A stretch of DNA of 54,807 nt, the filler included, from Diploschistes diacapsis (Eukaryota): NCBI GenBank assembly GCA_023645945.1. It is 4 parts of 4 records of this genome, joined end to end, with 100 filler letters (N's around TTAATTAATTAA, not from the genome) between each part and the next. Parts side by side here need not be neighbours in the genome. Positions count along the whole stretch, not along the records: positions 27,494 to 41,103 come from JALAIB010000641.1; positions 41,204 to 54,807 come from JALAIB010000642.1; 2 more parts are not named here. One strand, written 5' to 3'. The translations under genes were made by a program, and so were the position numbers. Positions 37,716-48,929 of this stretch are shown here, in pieces. A model generated the notes under the pieces. The model saw only the letters and a program-made list of their open reading frames with translations, was not told the origin of the DNA and searched no databases. The stretch's first letter is position 1; each line of letters starts with the position of its first letter.

Positions 37716-39667
37716 ATGAGCACGTCGACCTCAAGTCGTGGCTCTTCTTCCACTAGTCCAAATTCCGCTTGTTCGTCCTTTTCTTTCCTGCCACCACACA
37801 GCCAGTATACCGTCAACGGTCATGTCCCGTACAACTTAGGGGCTCAAAACGCGGCCTCTTCCTATTCGCCCTCTGCAGCCTACAACCCAAGCTTTCTGCA
37901 GCAACCCTTCGAGACTCGACCTCGATTGACTACGATGTGTGTTGCCTCCCTGCAGATGCTACCCCCTTTAGCTTAGAGCGCAGATGCTAACATCAACTTC
38001 TGAAACCCAGATCGTTGGTCTCGGGCATGCCGCCACCTTCGCGTCACTCAACGAATCCGATTTCGCTATCGCCTCCACTTGCATCGACGTTGAGAAACGA
38101 TTATCCTTCTTCACCATCCCGTCTTTCAAGGCAACCCTTCTCCGGCCACAGCAACCCCTTCCATCTTTCGCCATCTCCGCAGTCGCCACTGTCTGCAATG
38201 TCAAGAAGCCTCGACTCTGCTTCCGGCCGAGGATCTCCTGCGTCGACCGCCCATTTCAGCTTCACCGGGCCAATGCAGGTAGAGGTCGGCTCGCATCTGA
38301 ACACCAACGGACAGAACGTTCCTCCATTCGAGCCGACCGAGTGCTTCCACCAGCTCAGCGACGATGGCGCACGACCTGTCCAACCCGAGATTCACGCCAA
38401 GATAGACAAGGGCTTCTTCCGGGCCGATCAGGACTGGACATGTTACCGAAGAAACTATTTCTCCGTTGCTTGCAGCTACGGTCTTGGAGCAGCGAGGCAC
38501 GACCCCGACCATGAGAGGGTTTGCTTGATCCGACAAGGCTCACCGGAGCGTATTCTCGGCTTCTACATTTCCATTGCTGCTAAAGTCGACGGAGAAGATG
38601 CCAAGCCGATCGAATTGGTGCAGCACACCCCCAAGAGAGACAAAGGGCCGATGACGCAGCCAGAGAAGAAGGAATTGAAGCCTAATCCTTCGGGCAATCT
38701 GGGAATTTACACGGCTACCACGGGATTCGGGACGAGCCAAAGTATGACGGGCGAATACGAAGCATCCTACATTGGAGGCGCACAGGAAAGCCAGAACGTT
38801 GCAACCTTCGAGCGCATACAGTTCAAGAAAGCCACGGCAAACAATGGGAAGAGACGAGCGGCTCAACAGTACTTCCACATCGTGGTCGAACTGTATGCGA
38901 AAGTGTATAAAAACAAAGGGTCCGATACGGAGTATATCAAAATCGCTCATCGCGTGTCTGCCCAGATGGTAGTTCGTGGGCGTTCTCCTGGCCACTACCA
39001 AGACGAAAGGCGAACCAGTTCCACAAACATGGGGCCGGGGAGCGGGTCCAGTGGCGATTATGGAGCGCATGCTCGAGATCCGAGCTCAGCCGGGAGCTCA
39101 CTAGGGTCCCATAGCTCTCTTGGGGGGGCGCACTACGGCAACAGGTTGGGCCATGGAGGATACCATAGCCATCATTCTGCGATCGCATACTCGCCTTCTG
39201 TCGCAACGTCGCTGCCCAGGAACGTTACTTCGAACTTGACGGGATCCTTTGATCAATTTGTCGAAACACTGCCTACATCAGACATGGCTGCCGAGGGAAG
39301 AACACATATGGAAGACAGTCACTCCTTTCAGTATTACGGTAGCAACGCTTCATACGAAACCCACGGTTCTACTTCGAGATCCGCAGCGACTTCACTCGCG
39401 CTTACGGCCAGTGTTCCTTCTCCCGCGGAATTCCAACGCACTACAAACTACAATGCCATGTCGTCCATAAAGGAAGAGCCGTGTATGAAGAGTCCCTTCA
39501 AGACCGAAAACCACCATCGTCTGAAGTCGAGCTACGGGTCGCTTCAACTGCCGGTGGTTGGAAAGTGGCTGGAAAATCAGGACCACCTTCAGCCGCCGAG
39601 GGACTGCCGGCCCATACAGCTCGATGCCCACAGAAGCTACTACACCGCAGCACCAGCGGGGTGGTAG
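37716..39667 (+). CDS. NDT80: NDT80/PhoG-family transcription factor (Ndt80/NdtA-like); intron 37937-38010; probably extended by upstream exons
   Basis: DNA-binding domain motifs IHAKIDKGFF..WTCYRRNYFSV, IELVQHTPKRDKGP, TFERIQFKKATANNGKRRAAQQYFH, MVVRGRSPGHY. The 74-bp intron with a GCTAAC branch joins ORFs 37716 and 38015 in frame. Which paralog this is cannot be established by eye. Confidence 0.9.
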
Positions 39668-41103
39668 GACCTCTTTTTAACCAGCGTTGTGAGCAGATCA
39701 TGAATCTTCTGCAATCCCTGAATAACTTTGGATTTTATTTCACACGCACTGGGACTTGCTCGGGAGTTTGGATTCCCCGGAATAGCTTGGGGGAAAAGTC
39801 GGCCCCATCTTTTGATACCATTATGCTATTATGTCATATATGAGATTTTTACGGTATTTCCTGCTTTACAGTCTTCCAATTGCGCCCGGCACGGCACTGC
39901 ACGTCTCGGCCGGCTCCCCTGCGTTCTTTTGCCCACGGAGCTTCAGACCGCTCATTCATCGTCTTGATTTCTTGTTTCAGTGTTCTGCATCTGCATTCGG
40001 GTCTTGTTCCTCATGGTGGAAATACTTTTTGGAGCGAAGTGCAAGGGATACGAAGTACTGTCTCAGAAACTCACCTACACACGTGGAAGGAAAAGCAATG
40101 CGTTACCCCTTGCGTGGTACGACTTTGTTGTTAATAGCTATCTGCAGCCTAGTCTCGGCAGCGGGCATGGTCGTATCCAAGAGATTTACGAGACCATGTA
40201 TGACATACATGGCCAACGGTTAGCGACGACATGGGCCGAAAACAGCATTGATACATTGCAAGACATGCCGCACGCATCACTATCAATGCTATTACATTTG
40301 GAGTTACCAACACTCGATGGCATATGCTACATTGGACAAGCTGAAAGCCTTTCCGCGCAGCGCGGGAAGGCAGAGGTACCGTTTCGCAGCCGCAAACCCG
40401 GGTTTCGAGTGGGCTTTTGCATCCTCCAAAAGCGCTACTGCACGCCCGAATTGAACTACATGTCATTCGAGATCTGCGCTCTAGAACTCGGGTCGGCAAG
40501 GAAAGAGCGGTCTGCTCCGCCAGCCAGCAGCGCGCACGGGTCGCTTCTGGCTCTGGCTCTGCCCGACTCTGCCCCAATACGAATTCGTTCGACTGCTTCT
40601 GCCAGGCCACTCCAACTCGACTGCTGCTCCGGTTCAAGAGGAGAGGGATGCCATGACTTCGCCGAGGGCGATCTTTGTGGCGTTCGCCACTCAGACGCAG
40701 CACATCGCACCTTAGCCAGGCATGCTTCGCGGTAAAGCTTGCCGCTTAAACTTGTACTTGTCGTCTCACGTAGGAACTCAATTGCATCACTCGCTTCTGC
40801 CCCTCAACGTGCTTGCATGACTTGTATACCGATTATAGACATCCCCGCAGGTGCCCACGCCTTGTGCAGCCCTTGCGATAAAAAAAATTTCACCATCGAC
40901 TCTGCCACTCCGCAACTGCCACTCAAAGGACGAGCTTTGACCTCTACCGTCAGCCACTCGCCAGCCTTGAAGTTCACCCACCCATCCATTTATCCATCTA
41001 TTCATCTATCCCGCCCCAAAGAGGATGCACAGGAGGAAAGTAAAGCAAGGCAACGGCCAACGCAGAAGCGACTTGCAGGCGCAAATATTCCAACGTCTCA
41101 GAC

Positions 41104-41203
41104 NNNNNNNNNNNNNNNNNNNNNNNNNNNNNNNNNNNNNNNNNNNNTTAATTAATTAANNNNNNNNNNNNNNNNNNNNNNNNNNNNNNNNNNNNNNNNN
41201 NNN
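41104..41203. other. Artificial contig linker N44-TTAATTAATTAA-N44
   Basis: Identical 100-bp spacer. Confidence 0.97.
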
Positions 41204-41206
41204 ACC

Positions 41207-41853
41207 CTACTCCAGCTTCCCAATATAACTATACACAAGCCTCGCCCTCCTCCTCTCGCTTCCCTTCATAATTACCACCTTCCTCACATGCCTCCTCTTC
41301 CCCTCCACCACCGCAAACCCCCAGATCTGCACCGCCGTCCAGCCGGCCGCCCTGTTCTCCACCAAGCTCTCCACCTTCTCGCCCTCCTCGTCCCAGCCCC
41401 CGGCCAGCCAGTCCTTGTCGGCGCCGAGCTCGGCATCCGGGAGCGCGCGCGGATCCACGTACCGGCTGCGCCCCACCAGCTCGCCGAAAATGCGGTCGGA
41501 GTGGGGGCGCTCCTGCCAGTCCAGCACCCGGTACTCGGGCGAGGCGCTGATGCCGCCCGTGACCGTCTGCTCGGTGTCGATGTGCACGGTGCCTTTGGCG
41601 CCGGCGGAGGAGGAGGGCGAGGGGGAGGAGCTGTAGTGCTTTATGGACTGGGTGACGGTCGCGAGGCCGATGGCCTTGCGGGTCAGCCAGCCCATGCCCT
41701 GCAGGGCGAGGATGGGGTCGAAGTCGTCCGAGAGGGTTTTGTCCTGATGCAGAGGTGAGCGTTGTTGGGCGTGGGCAGAGTACAGCGGGGTGGACGGACC
41801 ATTTGCCATTTGCCTGTCAGGTCTTTGATGGTCACTTCTGGTGGGGCAGCCAT
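41207..41853 (-). CDS. Conserved fungal calycin/FABP-like beta-barrel protein; exons 41853-41800 and 41743-41207
   Basis: MAAPPEVTIKDLTGKWQM/DKTLSDDFDPILALQGMGWLTRKAI (GxW motif plus FABP-like GMGWLTRK), ..LDWQERPHSDRIFG..GWTAVQIWGF..RRHVRKVVI..ARLVY. 56-bp GT-AG intron. Confidence 0.85.
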
Positions 41854-42274
41854 GGTTGCTTGTGGGTTTGTGTGAAGTTGGGAGTCCCTGATTCTGCTGG
41901 CTTGGTTTATGGTGAGAGTGAGCAAATCAGGCTTGGGGTTGCTTTGAGGGATATCAAAAGCTCTTATAATAGCTTTTGAATGGGCTCTAGTAGCTCCGTT
42001 CGTTCAGTTACAGTTACGAATGATGTTGCATCACGGAGGTATCACAGGCAAATGCTCCGTTCAAGTCTAGTGCCGGGACGGACCGGGAGTATCAAGCTGA
42101 GTCTCTCAGATGTCGACAAGATACACCTCTGAATTGCCCTCTTTTCCCCACTCTCCTCTGCAGAGCTCCCTGTTGCCGATCCGAACCGAGGTTCTTCACA
42201 TGCGAAGAAGGAGCTGCATATCAATTCCTTCAACAAATTGCCACAAGCCGCTGAAAACGCTCTGATACGACGCA

Positions 42275-42620
42275 TCAGAGAGCCTGGCTAACGGCATTTC
42301 CAATGCCCTCGCCTACGCCTCCCTTGCCGACAAGACCGCCGGCGGTATCTGCGACGCTGTTCTGAAGGTTTTGGAAGTTTTCGTCTCCGACTTCCTGGCT
42401 TTTGATGGTATCTGTATTGTGATCAGTATTTGAGTAACTCTCTGGAGTGCTCCCGAGCTTTACTCTTCAAGCCGTAGGACATGCGGTTGTCCCCCATGGT
42501 TCCCAGCAAAGTGTCCTGAAGCATCTTTTGGTATTTATCAAGGTAGCCAGCGACCCACGCGCCGGCGATGACAACACTCAGGATAGCATAAATGACGGAG
42601 ATAGCAAAGGCGGACGGCAT
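42275..42620 (-). CDS. Small (97 aa) protein with an N-terminal TM helix and Gly-rich tail; exons 42620-42464 and 42411-42275
   Basis: MPSAFAISVIYAILSVVIAGAWVAGYLDKYQKMLQDTLLGTMGDNRMSYGLK/NTIKSQEVGDENFQNLQNSVADTAGGLVGKGGVGEGIGNAVSQAL*. A 52-bp GT-AG intron with CTGAT branch gives an intact frame. Confidence 0.75.
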
Positions 42621-42766
42621 TGTACTGGTGAACAGTATCCAAATATCTACGATAGTTTCAGTTGGAAAACGAAGGATGGGATATGATCACATGGAAGGAC
42701 CAGGATCCTACGTCATTCTTGTAAATAGAACTACTAACGTTAGATAAGTTAATTAAATAATAAAAA

Positions 42767-43031
42767 TGATTTGATTGTGCGAGCTGAAGCTGGATTACCC
42801 TACTTATCTTTATACACACATAAATATAAATATTAATGCACGAATATTGTGCCACAGAACCTAAATCAATAAATGTTACCGAAAAACAACTGGCCGCTTT
42901 AACATTAAACCAGGTTGCCAAGCCTGGAATAAAGAATCTTCGGAGTAGCGACAACAGTGGGAATCGAACCCACAATCTTTCGATCGAAAAGACTTATTAA
43001 TAATCGTTTCACCATTCGACCATGCTGCCAC
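42767..43031 (-). mobile_element. Putative tRNA-derived SINE (265 bp) with 10-bp flanking direct repeats
   Basis: tRNA-like head 43029-42949 with A box TGGTCGAATGG and B box GGTTCGATTCC, an AT-rich body, and a 3' end ..CCAGCTTCAGCTCGCACAATCAAATCA. ATAATAAAAA occurs at 42757-42766 and 43032-43041, exactly bracketing the element. Confidence 0.65.
42949..43029 (-). pseudogene. tRNA-like sequence (class II, Ser/Leu-type) lacking a valid anticodon arm; head of the putative SINE
   Basis: Acceptor stem GGCAGCA/TGTTGTC with discriminator G, D arm GTCG-AATGGTGAAA-CGAT, T arm GTGGG-TTCGATT-CCCAC, and a hairpin TCTTT..AAAGA just before the T arm. The expected anticodon-arm position holds only TATTAATAAG. 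Confidence 0.7.
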
Positions 43032-43576
43032 ATAATAAAAAAAAGGGGCTTTCAACTTTGGTTGCATCAGCCATAGACGAGACAAGCCTTCCCCTTTTGT
43101 ACAATTGAAAGCGACCGGGAGCGCGGGGCAGTTGGCGTACTTTACCCGCCAGGACTGGACTGGGTACAGTATACTACTAGACGGCCTGAGAGAGCCTGAA
43201 AGCCTCAGAGCCTCGTTTCAATCGTCGGCCATCCCAGGACTTTACTTTTCTTAATGCTCTAGTGACTTTAAAAGGTGATTCACAAGCATCAATGCCTTCC
43301 TTCTAGCTGATCGCTCTCTAGACCTCCTGTTCTTGTCGTATTAAGAAGCCAAAGAGCTCATCCCCTACGCGCGCGGCGCATAGCTCACCATAAGATCTTC
43401 CATTTACTTACTCTGCTGTCTGAGCGAAAGCGAAAACCTGGCAATTTAGTTTACTTGGGAATCCACGTTCTTTCCCACTGTGTCCCGTATTTGCTCTCAT
43501 TGCGCGGCAGCGCCCCCCGTTTGCTTAGCAACGAAGACCATTAAGGAGGCAGGGGCACCCGAGGTAACCGTCCATC

Positions 43577-45159
<1,583 letters not shown>

Positions 45160-45481
45160 TGATGACTGCACATGAGGCATGATAGGCACAAGCATGATTT
45201 TGGGATTCCTGGTTGCGCTTGTACTACGTGAACAGCTGCTGCAAGAACCTGCACAGTGGCAGGGAATTGGGAGCAAGTCGGCCGTGTTCCATTTGGGGGT
45301 TTCATGATGCCCGTTTACATAAGATACTCCTACCGTGGAGTATTTCTATGACTCGATGACAATCCTAGTAATCCTTTTCCTTCATTCATTCCAGGTAGTT
45401 AGTATCATGGTCATCCTGGTTCAACGAAGCAGAACCTGGGCAGCCAAGCATCAGATCCTCAATCCATGCCACAACCGAAAC

Positions 45482-45903
45482 CTAGCTCGAGCCCTTGCCC
45501 ACAGGCTCGTTGGTCTGCATACCATCCCCAATCTTGCCCGTAGAGTCCGACACGAGGCCTCCAACGTTTTCTAGGCAAGCAAGGCGTTACGTCAGCCCCG
45601 GATGCTTCAAGATCTCTGTCCCTGCATCGTTTCCTCCCTGTGGGCCCGAGCAGCTACCTGGATAGCTACCCAGCCAGCTACCAGGTATTTAATTAACTCA
45701 CTCGTAGTGTCCCCCAAACCCGACGTGGCCCCATGCAGCGTGTCCCCGGTGCCTTTGCCGACCGTCTGCACCGTCTCGCCTACCGTGTTCACCACGCCGC
45801 CGACCGCCTTGCCCGCCGTGCCCACCACGCCGCCGACCAGGCCGCTGACGCCGCCGAGGAGGCCGCCGGATGGGGCTTGCTCGTCTGTGTTGCCCGAGGA
45901 CAT
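45482..45903 (-). CDS. Small (96 aa) Gly/Val/Thr-rich repetitive protein, LEA/hydrophilin-like; exons 45903-45702 and 45570-45482
   Basis: MSSGNTDEQAPSGGLLGGVSGLVGGVVGTAGKAVGGVVNTVGETVQTVGKGTGDTLHGATSGLGDTT/KNVGGLVSDSTGKIGDGMQTNEPVGKGSS*. ACCATG start context; GTGAGT..CTGAC..TAG intron of 131 bp; approximate 11-residue periodicity. Confidence 0.75.
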
Positions 45904-46330
45904 GGTGATGGTTTGATTGGAGATGGAACGAGGCGGTGCTGTTGTTTTGGGGTTTTTTTTTGTGGGATGATGGTTGATGGTGGTCGAGATGGAGGAGTAG
46001 CAAATGGAAGAGGTTAGAAAAGCTTGGGACCTGCCTTCCTTATGTATATCCACTTATGTGGGGTGGAAAGAAGCACTTAGCTAACTATGAATACCCATGT
46101 GATTGATCCCTCGCCAGCGCTCGGCGCAACAAATCTCCGTGACTATTCCCCACTAATGCCTTAGCTCCCATGTAAATAGCTTTGTGCCTACAAGTGTTTA
46201 TCCATAAGCGCCCTACTTAGTAGTTTGGCCAACTTGGAACTGGATCAGGCCTGGGACTAATATATGGCTCAAGTTCTTAATCGAGGCTCTGCTCCTCAGT
46301 CCAAAGCATACGGCAAATCACTGCTTCTCA

Positions 46331-47320
46331 ATGCTTGTACAATTGCAGAAGGGTATCCAGAGGCTGGACGGTGGCGGGTCGGCATACATATATGCCGTGA
46401 CAGACGAGATCGTACTGAAAGCTCCAGTCACATATTGCCAACTTCCCGAAGGCGTTTCGTTCCAAGACCGCTACGATTTTGCTTTAATGACCTTCTGCTA
46501 TCATGAGGACATCCGGAACGAGCGGGATATTCTCCGCACGCTCGAAACAGTACCACACCCCAACATCATACAACCCATTGCATTAGACCATGCCGAAGGT
46601 CTATATATACGACGGCATCAATCACTCTCGTCGATTCTAGCAAAGGGACTACCTCCGGGGGTCATCAGAAAGTGTTTCTATCGGGATATGCTTCGTGCCC
46701 TGGCACACCTGCACAGATTAAAGATTGCGCACGCAGATGTGAGAATAGATAACTTTCTTTATGAAGAAGGCGGTGCAGTCCTCCTTTGCGATTTCACCTG
46801 CTCTCGATCCTTTGGAGGTGAGAATCCATCATCGACCAATCCTCCAGAGCCGATGGGCATCAATGGGCCCTACAGTCAGGTGTCAGACATTACAGATCGG
46901 TTCGCACTGGGTTCGGTCATCATTGAGATTGAGACGGGCGGTAGGCCCGCTCTAAACTTTAATGGAATCGATCTGAATGTACCTTCTGCCCGGACGGGTG
47001 ACGCACAACTCGATGTAATCATTTAGAAAGCTTGGTATAATGACTTTGCTTCTACTGTTGAAATGCTTCAGGCTGTGGAAAATCTTCTCCCCAATGATAA
47101 ACCCACTCAAGAGCACAGGTTAATGGACTCTTCGGTACTTCAGAACCTGCGAATTCATATAGATGAATGGAGGGCTCTGAGACAGTGCAAATATGGTACG
47201 AGATTTTCCGTTTACATTGCATTATTGCTCACCGTCTTTGCAGGTGAAGTTCTTGCTGGGGTTTGCACAGAAAAAGCCCTTCAAAATCTTCAAAAGCAAC
47301 TAAATAGATCAGAAGAATAG
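46331..47320 (+). pseudogene. Divergent protein kinase-like gene with one in-frame TAG (47024-47026)
   Basis: GGGSAYIY..VLKAP..ERDILRTL..HPNII..ALAHLHRLKIAHADVRIDNFL..LCDFTCS..TDRFALGSVIIEIETG. The frame continues past the TAG as KAWYNDFASTVEMLQAVE, resembling kinase subdomain XI. Probable intron 47196-47243. Confidence 0.75.
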
Positions 47321-47529
47321 CTAACCAGGCGAATCGGCATCCAACAATCCGGTCCTAAAGAGCGTCATCCTTCATCTATCCCCTAATCATCCTCCGGTAT
47401 CTGTTAGAGTCGTATCTCCATCTGCTACTGTTTTCCGGAGAGAAAATCTATCGAGCAAATCTATCGAGCAAATCAGCGAATAGAGTTTCGATATTATCAG
47501 TTATAAGGCCGTCACCCAAGTTCGAAGCA

Positions 47530-47709
47530 CTAATGACCGTTTGGCACTCCGGAACATGTGGCGCATCTGAAGTGCCTATTTGTGTTGCTTCCCATGTGTC
47601 TTTCTGGCCAAGATTCAGGGTGATTTTGTCCGCATGGGGCCGGATCTCGGCCTATTACGGTATGACCACACATTTTGTATCTGGTCATATGAACTCGATA
47701 TTCGCACAT
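47530..47709 (-). CDS. Candidate 59-aa Cys/His-rich microprotein
   Basis: MCEYRVHMTRYKMCGHTVIGRDPAPCGQNHPESWPERHMGSNTNRHFRCATCSGVPNGH*, pattern MC..Y..CGH..C..H..CxxC. Confidence 0.45.
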   Translation of the reverse strand: MCEYRVHMTRYKMCGHTVIGRDPAPCGQNHPESWPERHMGSNTNRHFRCATCSGVPNGH

Positions 47710-47909
47710 AGCTAAATTGGTAGATCTCTGCCTGGGAGAAGAAAAGAACGGAAGATTGAATTCTTTATACATTACACTTACTGCTCCCGACGCCGCTGCA
47801 TACCTCGACTCGACCTTAAGGCTGATTAATAACCGAACCAATACGCCCCTCGCCCTGTGCAAGACGTTGCTGCCAACACACCTCAAGGGAATGATGAATA
47901 GAAGACCAC

Positions 47910-48539
47910 CTCTCGACCGTTAAATTCCGTAATGGCTAAGCGTCTTATATCTTCGCGAGCTATCACCGCTCCTCCTCTGGACGTGTGGGCCCTGTGGAGT
48001 ATATGTTCCCCGATTTGGCTTCGAACATCAGCACTTAATTCGTGGTATTTCTACATGAGATGGATTCTGCTGAGGATCGCGTCATCGAGGCCGGATACTC
48101 GGTTTATGGTAAGAAAAATGATACCATGGCAAAACTCCAATTTGCAAAGGAACACCGAGACCAGCTTATTGCGAGTAACATCCTTCGTCGAGCGTTGTTC
48201 CAAGTATACGTCTGCTTCGTCCAGAAGAATGCGGGCATTCCAATGATTGGCGGTCTAAAACACGCGCGAAAGCTGAACTTCCATTGCCGCTAAATCAAGG
48301 CTCATTCCACTGGCAGAGATCTCAAGAGTCAGACAAGATCATGAAAGGTTTCAAAGCAGGATATACCCACCGAATAGGGCGGCCTTTGAAGATGCTCAGA
48401 CACCGCCTCCACCGTCAAGGTCTGGGGGTCCCATTAAGTGACACGTCAGGCGTTTCCGGGAGGAGTATTGAGCGTCTTACTGCAAAAGCACATTAAGGCT
48501 TCGTCCTTTACCAGTCACGATGTCATCAAAGGGGACGGG
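47910..48539 (-). pseudogene. 5'-truncated fungal AAA+ ATPase pseudogene
   Basis: Not in the ORF track. Manual translation: PVPFDDIVTGKGRSLNVLLH/GTP[Walker A core missing]TLTVEAVSEHLQRPPYS/ISASGM..QLSRVF*TANHWNARILLDEADVYLEQRS (Walker B)..RNKLVSVFLCKLEF..IIFLTINRV..DDAILSRIHLM*KY..FNGRE. Stops at 48257-48255 and 48053-48051. Confidence 0.85.
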
Positions 48540-48547
48540 AGACATTA

Positions 48548-48929
48548 CATGATGAAAAGGCTTACACGATTACTTCGACATATCAGGGGGGCTCTTGGGG
48601 CACTGAAATTATATACTACTCACTGTATACGATCCGCCGCTCCCAACCGCGACTACGAATTCCACATGACCCAGCTTAGAGGCTGGGACATGACTGACAA
48701 TCCAGATACCTTCCGACAAGGAGCTGGAGCTCTGAGAAACGCCAGGGAGTGGGCCAAAGAGAAACGGGAAGAGCTTATAGCTGCGGCGAACGGCAAGGTG
48801 CCAGATGCAGAACATTCAGATTTGGTTTCGTCCACACAGAGCTTTGTGTCACTGTCATCGGACGAACCTGTCCGCTTAGAATCTGAGACGTCGGCCGACG
48901 AGCTCGCCTTAGACACTATTAGACACTAA
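48548..48929 (+). pseudogene. C-terminal fragment of an expanded uncharacterised fungal family (DUF7924-like, by recollection), frameshifted
   Basis: HDEKAYTITSTYQGGS [frameshift near 48595] ALKLYTTH..EFHMTQLRGWDMTDNPDTFRQGAGALRNAREWAKEKREELIAAAN..ETSADELAL. The N-terminal half is absent. Confidence 0.65.

Noticed and set aside
39980..40735. 251-aa ORF and overlapping antisense ORFs downstream of NDT80
   Set aside because: Non-ATG start, no motifs, and several equally unconvincing overlapping frames.
42949..43029. Functional tRNA gene
   Set aside because: No canonical anticodon stem-loop. The only candidate 7-nt loop (TCGATCG) lacks U33 and purine 37 and sits in the variable-arm position.
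47932..48293. Plus-strand ORFs of 104 and 83 aa
   Set aside because: Antisense shadows of the minus-strand AAA+ ATPase pseudogene.
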